From positions 1 to 15,076 of the forward strand of contig CAXTKV010000041.1 in the NCBI GenBank assembly GCA_964244895.1: a DNA stretch of 15,076 nt, written 5' to 3'. The translations under genes and the position numbers were made by a program. The notes beneath the pieces are model-generated. The model was not told the DNA's origin. It did no database searches and was given only the letters and a program-made list of their open reading frames with translations. Of the stretch, positions 14,965 through 15,076 are shown one piece after another. Each line of letters opens with the position of its first letter. Within the stretch, counting starts at the first letter, position 1. The DNA is from an uncultured Deinococcales bacterium. GTDB lineage: Bacteria > Deinococcota > Deinococci > Deinococcales > JAAFIG01.

Positions 14965-15001
14965 CGCGCGAGTCTAACGTGGCGCGAGACGCGAGGTTCG
15001 A

Positions 15002-15074
15002 TCTCGTGCGAGAACCCGGTATCTCGTGCGAGAACCGATCCGTCGTCTCGTGCGAGAACCGATCCGTCGTCTCG
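15002..15074. repeat. Short tandem repeat with a palindromic core
   Basis: TCTCGTGCGAGAACC occurs at 15002, 15022 and 15046. The last two units are identical 24-mers (core plus GATCCGTCG). A partial fourth unit starts at 15070. Confidence 0.8.
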
Positions 15075-15076
15075 GG

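Noticed and set aside
15002..15076. Possible CRISPR array
   Set aside because: The repeat is only 15 nt, the spacers are 5-9 nt and two are identical, and no cas genes are present.

Overview
High-GC (about 60-65% by eye) bacterial DNA, most likely from Deinococcota. This is inferred from leaderless-type -10 boxes, a c-di-GMP-II riboswitch, BTAD/TPR regulators and strong CTCGAG enrichment. Positions 1-10334 form a minus-strand signalling cluster. In transcription order it holds a FUN14 protein, a c-di-GMP-II riboswitch, an Ig-like lipoprotein, a GGDEF-GAF-HD-GYP protein, a SARP/BTAD-AAA-TPR (STAND) regulator with an AT-rich C-terminus, an AT-rich orphan gene, several small ORFs, two paralogous secreted peptides ending in DD(N)PKPCxxC, a TPR protein with a C-terminal winged-helix domain, and a truncated GAF-like gene. 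The right part has an ECF sigma factor with a repeat-rich, bactofilin-containing putative anti-sigma factor, a PAP2 phosphatase, a small hypothetical protein and an EamA/DMT transporter. The most interesting candidate is the peptide pair plus TPR regulator, which resembles RRNPP-type peptide signalling but has an inverted domain order and CxxC peptides. One of the two peptides is absent from the supplied ORF track. All calls come from manual reading; no searches were run.
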